The notes beneath the pieces were generated by a model. It searched no databases and had not been told where the DNA came from. It was given only the letters and a program-made list of their open reading frames with translations. Both the position numbers and the translations under genes were made by a program. DNA of 63,967 nt, the filler included, from Octopus bimaculoides (lineage: Eukaryota), in assembly GCF_001194135.2 (NCBI RefSeq). It is 8 parts of 8 records of this genome, joined end to end, with 100 filler letters (N's around TTAATTAATTAA, not from the genome) between each part and the next. Parts side by side here need not be neighbours in the genome. Positions count along the whole stretch, not along the records: positions 50,781 to 54,338 come from NC_068983.1; positions 54,439 to 56,754 come from NW_026340417.1; positions 56,855 to 61,395 come from NC_068996.1; positions 61,496 to 63,967 come from NC_068993.1; 4 more parts are not named here. One strand, given 5' to 3'. How positions within the stretch are numbered: position 1 is the stretch's first letter; every line of letters starts with the position of its first letter. Below, piece by piece: positions 51,411 through 63,967 of this stretch.

Positions 51411-53326
51411 ATGAACACAAAAAAATCAATACATTTATATTACAGTCATTTTCATGTCTCTTACGCACGTTTCAGTTCACACCTTCATAAATATGTATTC
51501 ATTTACATCCTAATGAATGGAGAGTTCCTTACATGCTGAACAGTATCATGTGTATGTTTGTTTGTGTGTGTTAGCAAGCATGTCTTTGGATTTCGTTCTA
51601 ATAACATTAGAGGTTAAACTACAATCATAATGGACAATGTTTAGTTGCAGTCTTTAACAACTAGGTAATATTATTATTCTCCCTTAATGGCATTTAGATC
51701 TGCTCTTTTAGGGTCTGGCGACCACTTTTCACCCTGTTCTCTTGTCCGAAGAATTAAAAGAAGAAAAAAATAAGAATGAAAATAAAAATATATATAATAG
51801 TAAGAATCCAAATCTATAAAAGTATTTAACATTAATCTTTTATGCAGATGTGTTAGTCCTATATGTTGATAGTTTGGGTTATCATATATATTTAATTTTT
51901 TTATTTTTTACGTATTTATTAATGGTGGTGCCATTCACTATGTATCACATGTATGGAGATAGATCATGTTCCAATGTGATGGTGGCTTTCACTTTAGGAG
52001 CAAATCTACAGGAACAAATCTTAAAGTAAAACGCAATCTCAACATCTGAAGATGATCAGCTGTTATTGCCACTACAGCCATCTGTAGTTGGGGTTTATTG
52101 ACTGAATTGATAAATGATCCTTTCTTACTGAGACCCTATTGTTTCTGATGGTATAGTGTAGAGAATTCTAAATATTGTTTGGGTTGATTATTTGTTTGCT
52201 TTCCTTCCTTATTCTATTATGTGCCAACGCGGTTCTTGTAATTTCGTTTCAAAATGTTTTTTTTCAAATTCCAGAAACGATGTTTTGTTTTTAATTTTAC
52301 ATCTTATGATCATCTCAAAGTGACTATTTGTTACGGTTTCCTCGTGCCGGAGGTTCATAACGCTGCTTTTGGGTTTCTGTGTTCTATTCATTTTGCAATC
52401 ATCTGCAGAGGACGCTGCTTCATCGCAGGGTTACTGATTATTGCTAGCTGAGTGGATTGAAGCAACGTGATATGCAACATTTCCCTCAAGAGAAAATTCA
52501 TTCCAGTCCTCTCACACATTCACAATCCTGTAGTTATCCTTTCTTCCGCATCCCCATATTACACCCATTCCTTCCTCTCTTTCCATCACCATTCCTTCCT
52601 CCCCCAATAGATACACACAGAAATACCCACATAACTCAGTCAGCCTTCATACTGGTCATAATGGATAGCATCCCTCTGTTGTACATCTAAACTGTTATAT
52701 GACCTAAAGAAATGAATCCATCAAGGCGATCAACCCACGGATTCTACGGACTACACAGAAATCATCTCAGGATTACGGATTGTGATCTTAAGAGACGTGA
52801 TTTTTGGAAACACGTAGAAATATCTTGAATGCTTATAAGTTCCAGCCAAGAAATAGTGTCCTAATTATTATATTTATCGTACATTACATCGGTAGAGCTC
52901 GAGGTAACCCCAAAATACTGGTTCATAACTCAGCACCATTAGACGGTGGCCGACATAATGAAATACGAGCTTTATTTACATATTCAAAATATTTCCCGTA
53001 CATAAATATCACACACAGACACAACTATACAAACACACAGAGGCACGGATGCACGCCCACACAAACATATATTTATACATATGCAGGTTAAGATTTTCAT
53101 TGCATGTCATATGGCCAACCTCTTGAGTATCTTATGCCTTCTCGCTCAGCACACAACAAAATCAAAAATCGCCGAAAGAATATTTTATATAAATATTTCT
53201 GTCGTTGCCCTCTTGAGAAAGATCAGAGATTGCACATAGGAAAAGGATATCACAACTATTTCTGTTAGGTCATCGGAATGAATATATATGTGTTTGTGCC
53301 TATAGTTATCCATCTGTGTGTGTTTG

Positions 53327-53394
<68 letters not shown>

Positions 53395-53694
53395 CAATGT
53401 TAATTCTCTAAATGAAGTATTAACAGTAACCGCACGATGAAGTGTAGTATATTGCCACTTAAGTGTGGCTGACCCCTAGGGGTGGATGTTACTGTTGCTT
53501 TTAGCCCCAGGAGGACATCTCCTCCAGCTGGCTTATCGACACACGACTGTGTCCTGTTTGCCAAGGGAGTTATCCCTCTCACCGATATATATATATATAT
53601 AAGTGCGTGCGTGTGTTTGTGTGAATGTGTGCAAATATTTAATACATACGTGTGTATGGTGTTATAATTGTATGAATGTATGTGTGTATGAAAA

Positions 53695-53737
<43 letters not shown>

Positions 53738-54049
53738 ACAAGTGAGTATATTTACGGAAGAATTTAATCATATTTTCTAAAGCTGCTCACATTCTCTTAA
53801 TTTATCTGGCATCTTAAGAGGTCATCCAATACTAACTTTTGAGATTTTCATTTACACAGCGATAGATGTAAATTTATTTTATTGATTTATGTGACACACA
53901 TGCATACAAACATTCATATATTTGCATGAATATGTACGTGTGTGTGACTGTGTGTGTGCACGTATGTATATATGTATGTATATATTTACGTATACATATG
54001 AAAGAATTAGAATAGAGCGAAATGAGCCACCTTAACATTAGGTTTAGTT

Positions 54050-54260
54050 ACTCGGCAGCTGGCAGAATTGTTAGACCGCCATGCAAAATGAATAGCCGCT
54101 TTTCATCAGTCTCTATGTTCTGAGTTCAAATGCCGTCGGTGTGAACTTTGCCTGTTATCATTTCGGGATCGAAACATGATAACCAGTTGATCATTAGGTT
54201 CATCGTAACCGACTTCGCCCCTCCTCTAAATTGCTGACCTTGTGCTAAAATATGAAACCA
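54050..54260 (+). mobile_element. SINE family A (older copy)
   Basis: cggcagctggcagaattgttag...ttctgagttcaaatgccg. Confidence 0.7.
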
Positions 54261-54782
54261 GTATATTATGGTCTTCTAAATATAACTATGATTTGTGATT
54301 ATTGTGTTAGAAACCTCATGAAAAATAGTGACAGATCGNNNNNNNNNNNNNNNNNNNNNNNNNNNNNNNNNNNNNNNNNNNNTTAATTAATTAANNNNNN
54401 NNNNNNNNNNNNNNNNNNNNNNNNNNNNNNNNNNNNNNATATAATTAAAATAGGCAACAGGATATCCAGAGGTGATGCAGTACGGCCGTTTCAAGCGGTT
54501 CCATTTAATTGAACAGTGCAATCATTACATCAAGTTAAATGCAGGGCTATTTGAGTTGTACGGATAATACCGCACTAACTTTTGGTGCTTCAACTTAAGT
54601 ACCTAATTCATCTAATTCATATATATAGTAAATCCAAAACAAACGAAGAACAAACACAAGAAAAAAAAACAACGCGAGGACGTGATACATGCACTGGTGT
54701 ATTAGCAGACTCTCAGGGAAGGAAACAAAGGTGGTTTTACGTTTCGTGCAAAGCTCTTTGTCATCTGATTTGTTTTGCGTCG

Positions 54783-54825
<43 letters not shown>

Positions 54826-55257
54826 CGACCGAGGCATTAACACCGAAAGGTAATATTTACTCCTACTGCAGCGTAGTCCTTCTGTTAGAGTAGATAGAAG
54901 CTCTCATATTGCCTTTTGGTGTGAAATGTGTGCTTGGTTATATGTTTTAGAAATCATTTAGTGCAATTATGATGTTATGAATTGCCTTAATGCTAGAAAT
55001 CTATTTGTATAAATTTCGTTAAAACTAAGTCCATAGATGAATAACTAAGAATGACACACTCTATGTATAGGATATAATTTATTGTAGTAGTTGTGGTTTA
55101 TTAGCTTCTGATCATATTGGTTCAACGTGTCACCCATATCTTCTTCCTGTATTTTGGCCTGACTCTCCGTCGGTTACAACGACGAGTGTTCCAGTTGATC
55201 GGTTCAACAGAACAATCGCATTACCAAACGAGTACGAATAACGATATCTTAATAATC

Positions 55258-55465
55258 CTTTCTACTATAGGTACAAGGCCTGAAATTTTGGAGGAGGGGA
55301 ATAATCAATTACATTGACCCCAATGTTTCACTGGTAGTTAATTTATCGACCCCGAAAGGATGAAAGGCAAAGTCGGCCTCGATGGAATATGAACGTCGCG
55401 GCAGATGAAATACCGCTAAGCATTTCGTCCGGCGTGCAAGCGATTCTTTCAGATCGCCGCCTTAA
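55258..55465 (-). mobile_element. SINE family A
   Basis: tctactataggtacaaggcctgaaatttt...atcgaccccgaaaggatgaaaggcaaagtc. Confidence 0.8.
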
Positions 55466-55821
55466 ATATAATAGTATCAACTATTTCTGTTATCATTTTT
55501 CATGAACTAATTAATTAAATAATTAAAATCACAATAGCATAGTGATTGAAGATATACTACATCGTGAAGCTAACCAGTGAAAATGATAGCCTCAAACAGA
55601 GGTACAAATTCGCTACAATGTGTATGAAATGTCACATGTAACGTCTAAAAGGCGTAAAACCCGATCTTCAAAAAATACTAGTTCAAATAGATTATATTGT
55701 CTATCGTTCACGATTACGTTTATAAACTGCTTCCGTGACACAGATCTCTTGGAAGCACTCTGAGTATGGAGCAAACGCTATTAAACAAATGCTATTTCTA
55801 TATCACCAAGAAAGCATTGGT

Positions 55822-56072
55822 AAGGTAAAGGTAAAGTTCCCTTCTCGTGTCATACCGACTCATAAGGGCCGGTTTCCCATTTTCATAGCGTGTATATTCC
55901 CCACCTGGACGGGACGCCAGTCCGTCGCAGGATTACTAATTTTTCCCAGCTGAGTGAACTGGAGCAACGTGAAATGAAGTGTTTTGCTCAAGAACACACT
56001 GCATCGCCCGGTCCAAGAATCGAAACCACTTTCTTACGATCATGAGTTCAATATCCCTACCACTAAGCCACG
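55822..56072 (-). mobile_element. Full-length SINE with family C head/core and an alternative tail ending (TTTACC)n
   Basis: Reverse complement: gcgtggcttagtggtaggg...ggtttcgattc...ttgagcaaaacacttcatttcacgttgctccag...gactggcgtcccgtccagg...ctttacctttacctt. Confidence 0.8.
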
Positions 56073-57012
56073 CACGTCCCCAACGGAAGTATTACATGAA
56101 ATATCCAATCGAAATAGAGAAAGATTTAAACAAATGTTCTCAGTGAAACTTGCCAACATGGAAAATGCAAAGAGGATGAACTAACATCAGATATACGGGT
56201 TTATAAAGTCGATCACAAATTGAGGACGGTAAAATTAAAAGCAGATTTCAAATTAATGACAGAAGACTAAAATGGAAAAATATATAGAAATAAGTTCTAA
56301 ACCAAATTAAAATCAGACATCATATCACCATGAATGTCATAAAACAATATTTAATATCTGAAGAGACACAGACAGAAAAATAAGTTATATAAATAATATT
56401 GAAAATGCAATAATACAAAATACAAAAAATTGCTCCAGACAATAGCACACATTAGAATCTCCTCCGGAATAGCAAGCACATAACATAGTGAAGACGCATA
56501 TCAGAGAAGCCATAGAGGGCTAGCAACGATTTTAGAGATAGAGGAAAGAACAGAGTGATTAGAAAAGAAAGGCAACAGACAAACGGAAAAAACAAAACAG
56601 AACAAAATGTACGTGTAGAATTATTTAGCAGACCACGAATGCTGACTGATCAACAAATCACCAATGGCTGTTGCAGACTTTAACACTTGTATCTGTGTGT
56701 GTGTGTCTGTGTGAGTGTGTGTGTTTGTATATATATATATATATATATATATATNNNNNNNNNNNNNNNNNNNNNNNNNNNNNNNNNNNNNNNNNNNNTT
56801 AATTAATTAANNNNNNNNNNNNNNNNNNNNNNNNNNNNNNNNNNNNNNNNNNNNCTTGATTTTCAGACGGAAAATATATTCACTGATTTAAACATTGTAA
56901 AAAAAAAATCGTCAATAGTGAACGGTTAAAGAAAAAAAAATGCTTTCCCCTTCACCCAAAACTGTTTTTCTGCTGTTTTATTTCCATAATAATAATAATA
57001 ATAATAATAATG

Positions 57013-57082
<70 letters not shown>

Positions 57083-57904
57083 GGACTGATGCATATCATA
57101 GGAATCCATCTAGAAACTTATTCAATAATATACAAAATACTTCGCTGCAAATGGTGAATGAAAACTGTTGCAGTGTGGCCTTGGCCTTCAACGAGAAGAA
57201 ACAGAAAATTTCTGATGCATGCCTCATCTTTTAGCAGAAAAACTTCTCTAATGGCCATAAGATGTCGTTAAAACAGAATGGGTATGTTAGGAAAGACAAA
57301 AAATTCTACTTTCAAGTCAATGTTATTAAAAAAAATCCAGGATTTAAATATATAAAACAGAAAAGAGGTAGAATTTTTTTTTTAAAAAAAAGCAGTGAAT
57401 ACTCTTTAAAAACTGTTATAATGCACGTTTGAGTTAAAAAATAGAAAAATATAATATTGATAAATACGAGTTGCCATTTTTAATAAAATTTTAAAAAGAA
57501 AGCAAATGTCATTTCCCTCCCCTCCACACACACATATACACAAAAATTTTTCCGCGTTCCTCTCAAAAGGAAACTCATAAAAAACTTGCTATCATACCAA
57601 CTTTTTATCCCTATCTTCGTTTCAGCGTCTACTTTTCTATGCTTGCATGAGTCAGACGGAATATATTGAAGCAGATTTTTCTACGGCCGGATGAAATTCC
57701 TTTCCATGCCTCTCACCCCTTTTCTAAGTAATGCAATATTTCCTTCGTGGCCGATCATGTTTTCCAGAGAAAATACGAAATGAATGACATTGCTTGTATG
57801 ACATGACACTTATTTACATTTATTGAGCAATGTGAAAACTAGACACAGACATTCACGCACTTACACACAAAGATATACATGTATATATGCATATATAGAA
57901 AAAA

Positions 57905-58040
57905 TATGTGTATGCGCAAGAGTGTTTTCGGGTTCAGTCCCATAACGTGATACCTTGGACAAGTGTCTACTTCTACAGCCCAAGCTGACCAGAGCCTTTT
58001 GCGTGGATTAGGAAGATGGGAACTGAAAAACAGCCCTTTG
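57905..58040 (-). mobile_element. SINE family B, 5' part
   Basis: Sequence gggttcagtccc...ccttggacaagtgtctacttctacagcc...gagccttt..gtggatt. Orientation call is uncertain: the motif reads as printed on +. Confidence 0.55.
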
Positions 58041-58946
58041 TAAATATATATATACATGTATTAGATGCATGAGTGTGAGTATGCATATGCATAGGCACAA
58101 TACTAATACGTATACATATATATTTATATGTGTGTGTGTGTGTGCGCGCGTATGTGCGTGTGTGTGTGTAAACATGAAGTCAGGAGATATGAGAGGTAAA
58201 TATATATTTATTTAGCCACATGATTTCCATAGAGTTAGGGTCGTTTAACAACCATCTTCATGTAGTACAAATTCCAGCATGAAAGAAATAATGCGTACAT
58301 ATTTGCATTTACATGCATGTTCAGTATTATACACTACAATCGTATATTCACAAATCAATGCAAATTAAAAAAAAAGACAGCTCGTCAGATCACCTGAACG
58401 TCATGGTTACACCAACAATTCAACTCTAAATATGCGCAGAAACTTTACTCTCAGTATATACAATGTATGGAAGGCTGAGACTAGACAAAATTAGATTGAT
58501 TTGGTCAGTAAAAGTAATGATATATTTTATTGCTTCATTTCAGTTAAGGAATTGAACATCCTTAATATAAGCAAATAACAAGAAGAAATAAGAGGAAATA
58601 ATGAAATAAATTAACTTTTGCCCAAAGTAATAATGTAGATGGGTAAGTGGGGAACGAAACAGCTGGTGATATTAAAATCCCACAGAAATCATGGATGAAT
58701 GGGATGTCAAGTAAAACCAAGAAATAGTGTTCAACAACAGTAAACTTCTCTTTGGATCAATGTCACAAACGCAAAGCAGAGGGTATTTGGACGTCCAAAA
58801 ATTTTACTCACACATCCACAACACCTCAATATACTTTGCAGCACTGGAGAAAAAACCAAAAAAAACATACACACACATACATAGAAGCACATCAACAGAG
58901 ACATATACACATACATAAAAGTATAACAATGCATATACATACATCT

Positions 58947-59003
<57 letters not shown>

Positions 59004-59004
59004 C

Positions 59005-59051
<47 letters not shown>

Positions 59052-59769
59052 CATTTATATATATACATGTGTATATTATATATATATGTATGTATGTTTG
59101 TGTGTGTATGTATATATGTATGAATGTATGTATGTATGTGTAAAATACAAATACACACAAAACACTGACACGTACTCATTGTGTGCACGAGTTCGCAAGA
59201 GTGTTGTTAATTCTTTGTCATAACATCGCATGCTAGTTTTAGTTGTGTGTCAGCGTCATACAAAGGAATGTCTTTTGTTTCAATCATCCATGCAAATATG
59301 TCCGGCCACGGGGAAATATGTTACACGGAAGCATGTGAGCGTTGGCAACAGAAAGTGCGTCCGCCGTAAATATCTGCTTCAACCAATTCTCACTGACCCG
59401 TGCGAACATGGAAAAGTGGACGTCAAAACGATAATGATATTGAAGAAGAAGAACAAAAAAGTTCTTAAAAAATACAAATAAATATATTGAATTACCTCCA
59501 CCTAATTTTTACAGATGTCACCTACTCTTCCTTTCTCCCTACCTTCCCTGCTAACCCTCCCTCAATTATTGTTCTTCATTATATTCACACTTAACCTAGT
59601 CCCTGTTTCTAACCATCTCTCATTCTCCCATACACTCTTGCAAACTGTACTCACTCACACTTCCTGTTCTCTTGTCTTCACTCACTTCTATTCACTTCGT
59701 ATCATTGAGGTTCACTCTTACACATCATCTTCACTATTTTGATCTCTTTCTAGTTCCAGCCGGCCACGC

Positions 59770-59816
<47 letters not shown>

Positions 59817-60174
59817 AATGTGAGTAGACACGTAGTACTTCTACAAGAGACCTGGTATTCAGGTCCCTTCTCGCATTATTTAACTCTTCATCTCCTAGGA
59901 TAAGCTGCTCCTATCTCTACTGTAGCTCCACCCAATCGAGGGAGACCTTAGTCTTACAAGATAAACGGTGACCTCACTAGTGTTAATGCCACGAAAAAAA
60001 AGCACCCAGTATACATTATAAAGTAGTTAGCATGAGGAAGAATGTACAGCCATGCAGTAGAAGATACTGGAGTACGACGCAGTTTTTCCGACCCTTCAGA
60101 TCCTGTGAAACCGCCTAACCTATAGAACATAGTTGGTAACAGATCATGAAGATGTTTTATACACACATACATGA

Positions 60175-60450
60175 AGGCGCGTGGCTTAGTGGGCGAAGTG
60201 ATCGCTCATGGTCGTGAGTTCGATTATGTCACGTCGCTGCAGTTCGTTCATCTGGCAAAAATGAGTTGTACTTGTAATTCAAAAGGCCGGCCTTGTAACA
60301 TTCTGTGTTACGCGCTGAATCTCCATGAGAACTGCGTTAAGGATATGCATGTCTGTGGAGTGCTTAGTCACTTGCATGTTAATTTCACGAGCAGGCTATT
60401 CCGTTAATTGGATCAACTGGAACCCTCGTCGTCGTAACCGACAGAGAGCC
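60175..60450 (+). mobile_element. SINE family C, near full length
   Basis: ggcgcgtggcttagtgg (A-box), gagttcgatt (B-box), then ctggcaaaaatgagttgtac...ccctcgtcgtcgtaaccgac. Confidence 0.8.
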
Positions 60451-60451
60451 A

Positions 60452-60489
<38 letters not shown>

Positions 60490-61929
60490 TTCCAAGTTAA
60501 CCCTGGTTGCTTCCACCATAGCTCCCTTCCAGCAAAAAAAACCTGTTCTCTTCTGTTTTCTCCTCTCTCACTTTAACCCCCTTCAGCCCATAACACAGAG
60601 CCTTTCTACTGTAGCCCTTCACAGTCAAAGGATATCTTAGTCTTGCAGGCTGAATAGCGACCTCACTACACCTGGTGCTACAAAAAAACAATATCCATTA
60701 CGTTCTATAAAGTGACTGGCGTTAGAAACCATGTCAAAGTAGATATTGGGGGCAGATATCGTTTCCAGACCTGTCGGATCTTGTCAAATCGTCCAACCCA
60801 CGCCGGCAAGGAATATGGATGTCAAATGACGATGATAATGAAGATGATGATGATGATGATGATGATGATGAGAAGACTCTTAAAACTCAAATTACACGGT
60901 TTATATTTTTTTATAATAAACTCTTAATTTTTTAAATAATTGTAACAAAAATGAGAACCCTCACCCACCAAATAAACTGCTTTATAATGTGGTTTTCTCC
61001 TTTGTTTTGGATATTTTTTTAACCACATGATTGAAAAGTGAGCTTCTCAGCCACACAGCCTTATATACTTTCCAAAAGAAAAGTTTTACACTTCACCCAA
61101 AACTATTTTGCTGCAATTTTTTTTTTTTAAATTTTTTTTTTTTTTAGAATTAAATACTAATTCACAAAAAACCCGAAAAAACATAACAAAAACTGCTAAA
61201 TTGCAGTTTTCATTTTCAGAAGGAAGAAATAGAAAATCCATCAAGAAGTCTGTTCATTAATAAACAGAAATTTTTCATTCAAAAGGTGCCAAAAATCTAT
61301 TATTATAACTACTTCAATTCTTTAAAATGTCTCTAATGTATTAAGTTTTCTCTTCAGCCCAAAACTGTTTTACTGCGGGTTTTTTTTCCGGAATANNNNN
61401 NNNNNNNNNNNNNNNNNNNNNNNNNNNNNNNNNNNNNNNTTAATTAATTAANNNNNNNNNNNNNNNNNNNNNNNNNNNNNNNNNNNNNNNNNNNNTATAT
61501 ATATATATATATGCACATACATGTGTGTGTGTTTGTGTGTGTATATGTGTGTGTGTATGTGTGTGTGTGTGTGTGTGTATTATTTACCTTACAACATATT
61601 TTCATAATTGAAAGTTTTTTTCCTCTTATTTATATTTGAAAGGAAATTTCATTATTAAAAATTTTTAACAAATTATTAATTTATTACGTTGGCGCAATGC
61701 CTCAGAGTTTGTTATTGGTGAAGATAATAATTAGCTTCAGGCCAACTCTGTCCGAGCAAACGTATAATCAAAGACAATCCAGCCATGACTATACTGCCTT
61801 TTGTGTCTCTAGAACTACAAGGTCTAATGTGTGTCATGCCCCGTGTTTTTATTTTTTATGACAGTGGAGTGTGGTTCTGTGGGGTCCCTCATTCCAAAGT
61901 ATGGACCCAACGTTTCCTGTTCGTATCGG

Positions 61930-63320
61930 GACCTACATACAGTGGAAGGTATGCCAACACTATGGAATAACAACAGAAAAAAGATGATATAAACACACGC
62001 CAGAAAAGGTCACAGAAAACGAGAAAGCAACCATACTCTGGGATATGCGAATACACACAGATAGAGAAATTAAGGCCAATAGACCAGATATAGTTGTCAA
62101 AGATCATGAAAAAAAAAATGCTTTCTAATTGATGTACCAATACCAGCAGATGGCAACGTTTCTCTAAAAGAAATGGAAAAACTTTCAAAATACAAAGACC
62201 TGGAAATAGAGGAAACTCGAATGTGGAATCTAAAAACAGAAACAATTCCTATCATAGTAGGCGCCTTAGGTATAATAAAAAAATATTCAGACAAATACNN
62301 NNNNNNNNNNNNNNNNNNNNNNNNNNNNNNNNNNNNNNNNNNNNNNNNNNNNNNNNNNNNNNNNNNNNNNNNNNNNNNNNNNNNNNNNNNNNNNNNNNNN
62401 NNNNNNNNNNNNNNNNNNNNNNNNNNNNNNNNNNNNNNNNNNNNNNNNNNNNNNNNNNNNNNNNNNNNNNNNNNNNNNNNNNNNNNNNNNNNNNNNNNNN
62501 NNNNNNNNNNNNNNNNNNNNNNNNNNNNNNNNNNNNNNNNNNNNNNNNNNNNNNNNNNNNNNNNNNNNNNNNNNNNNNNNNNNNNNNNNNNNNNNNNNNN
62601 NNNNNNNNNNNNNNNNNNNNNNNNNNNNNNNNNNNNNNNNNNNNNNNNNNNNNNNNNNNNNNNNNNNNNNNNNNNNNNNNNNNNNNNNNNNNNNNNNNNN
62701 NNNNNNNNNNNNNNNNNNNNNNNNNNNNNNNNNNNNNNNNNNNNNNNNNNNNNNNNNNNNNNNNNNNNNNNNNNNNNNNNNNNNNNNNNNNNNNNNNNNN
62801 NNNNNNNNNNNNNNNNNNNNNNNNNNNNNNNNNNNNNNNNNNNNNNNNNNNNNNNNNNNNNNNNNNNNNNNNNNNNNNNNNNNNNNNNNNNNNNNNNNNN
62901 NNNNNNNNNNNNNNNNNNNNNNNNNNNNNNNNNNNNNNNNNNNNNNNNNNNNNNNNNNNNNNNNNNNNNNNNNNNNNNNNNNNNNNNNNNNNNNNNNNNN
63001 NNNNNNNNNNNNNNNNNNNNNNNNNNNNNNNNNNNNNNNNNNNNNNNNNNNNNNNNNNNNNNNNNNNNNNNNNNNNNNNNNNNNNNNNNNNNNNNNNNNN
63101 NNNNNNNNNNNNNNNNNNNNNNNNNNNNNNNNNNNNNNNNNNNNNNNNNNNNNNNNNNNNNNNNNNNNNNNNNNNNNNNNNNNNNNNNNNNNNNNNNNNN
63201 NNNNNNNNNGGAAAAAAGAAAAAGAAAAAGGAAAAAAGAAAAAACGTCCAATGTGTCGTTGTTTGAGGTCTCTGGGTGAGACTTGGAACAGCTCGAATAA
63301 AATAAAGCAACAACGAAAAT
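61930..63320 (+). mobile_element. R4/Dong 3' part spanning a gap
   Basis: IHTDREIKANRPDIVVKDH...CFLIDV..P.DGNVSLKEMEKLSKYKDLEIE...MWNLKTETIPIIVGALG. The 3'UTR gaggtctctgggtgagacttgga follows the gap. Confidence 0.85.
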
Positions 63321-63336
63321 GATTGATAATAATAAC

Positions 63337-63411
<75 letters not shown>

Positions 63412-63465
63412 AAGAAGAAGAAGAAGAAGAAGAAGAAGAAGAAGAAGAGGAGGAGAAGAGGAAGA
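63321..63465. repeat. (AAT)n then (AAG)n compound tail
   Basis: Direct reading. Confidence 0.9.
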
Positions 63466-63935
63466 AGAAATATCAGAGCAATAGTCGAAATAACTGAAAG
63501 AAATCTAGAATAGAAAATGAAATTCAAAAGAGTTGCTTCGTTATTTTTGGAGGGCCTTTCGGTTTGCATTATATTTAGTCTTAGGCCTGTCAGCCATATT
63601 GTAATGGTTCGGAGTTTTTCTCGGCGCGCGAACGCACACAATAACATACACACGCACATAAACACACACACACGTATATATATATATATACTCAAAAAAG
63701 CACATGCACATATATGCATGTAAGTGTGTCTGTGTGTGTGCGTGTACGTATATATGCATATATTTGTAACGATATATATATATATATATATATACTTACA
63801 TAATATATATATATACATATACATATACACATGCATACATACACGCACTCATATAGACATACACACGCACACATACACACAAATACGCTCACAAACACAC
63901 ACAATCACACACACACACATACACATGCGCGCACG

Positions 63936-63967
<32 letters not shown>

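Noticed and set aside
54475-54530. Minus-strand GAAAC-GGCC-GTA
   Set aside because: No recognisable CUGANGA core or stem II; too weak to call.

Overview
AT-rich eukaryotic draft-assembly window, full of microsatellites and N-gaps. The repeat content looks like an octopus or other coleoid cephalopod; this is inferred from SINE and microsatellite style only. Two host genes are visible and they converge. (i) The last two exons of an S1 chymotrypsin-type serine protease on + (6494-6630, 8132-8317; GDSGG motif, Gly at position 189). (ii) An unidentified gene on - with low-complexity exons at 21235-21573 and 18460-18989 (PPPPY motif, C-terminus ...WTFDV*), a candidate upstream exon at 22380-22551 and possibly a ~7 kb 3'UTR. 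The rest is mostly decayed mobile DNA: about nine fragments of R4/Dong-clade RLE LINEs, most tied to (TAA)n; four Penelope-like fragments, three of Naiad type, one with UGA at a conserved Cys; degenerate hammerhead-like motifs, two of them in inverted repeats; a scrambled mariner; an L1/Tx1 ORF1-like segment between SINE parts; and many tRNA-derived SINEs. The TTAATTAATTAA spacers inside 100-bp gaps are assembly artefacts. Nothing prokaryotic is present (no CRISPR, operons or rRNA). All family assignments come from motif recognition by eye, not database searches. Repeat boundaries are approximate.
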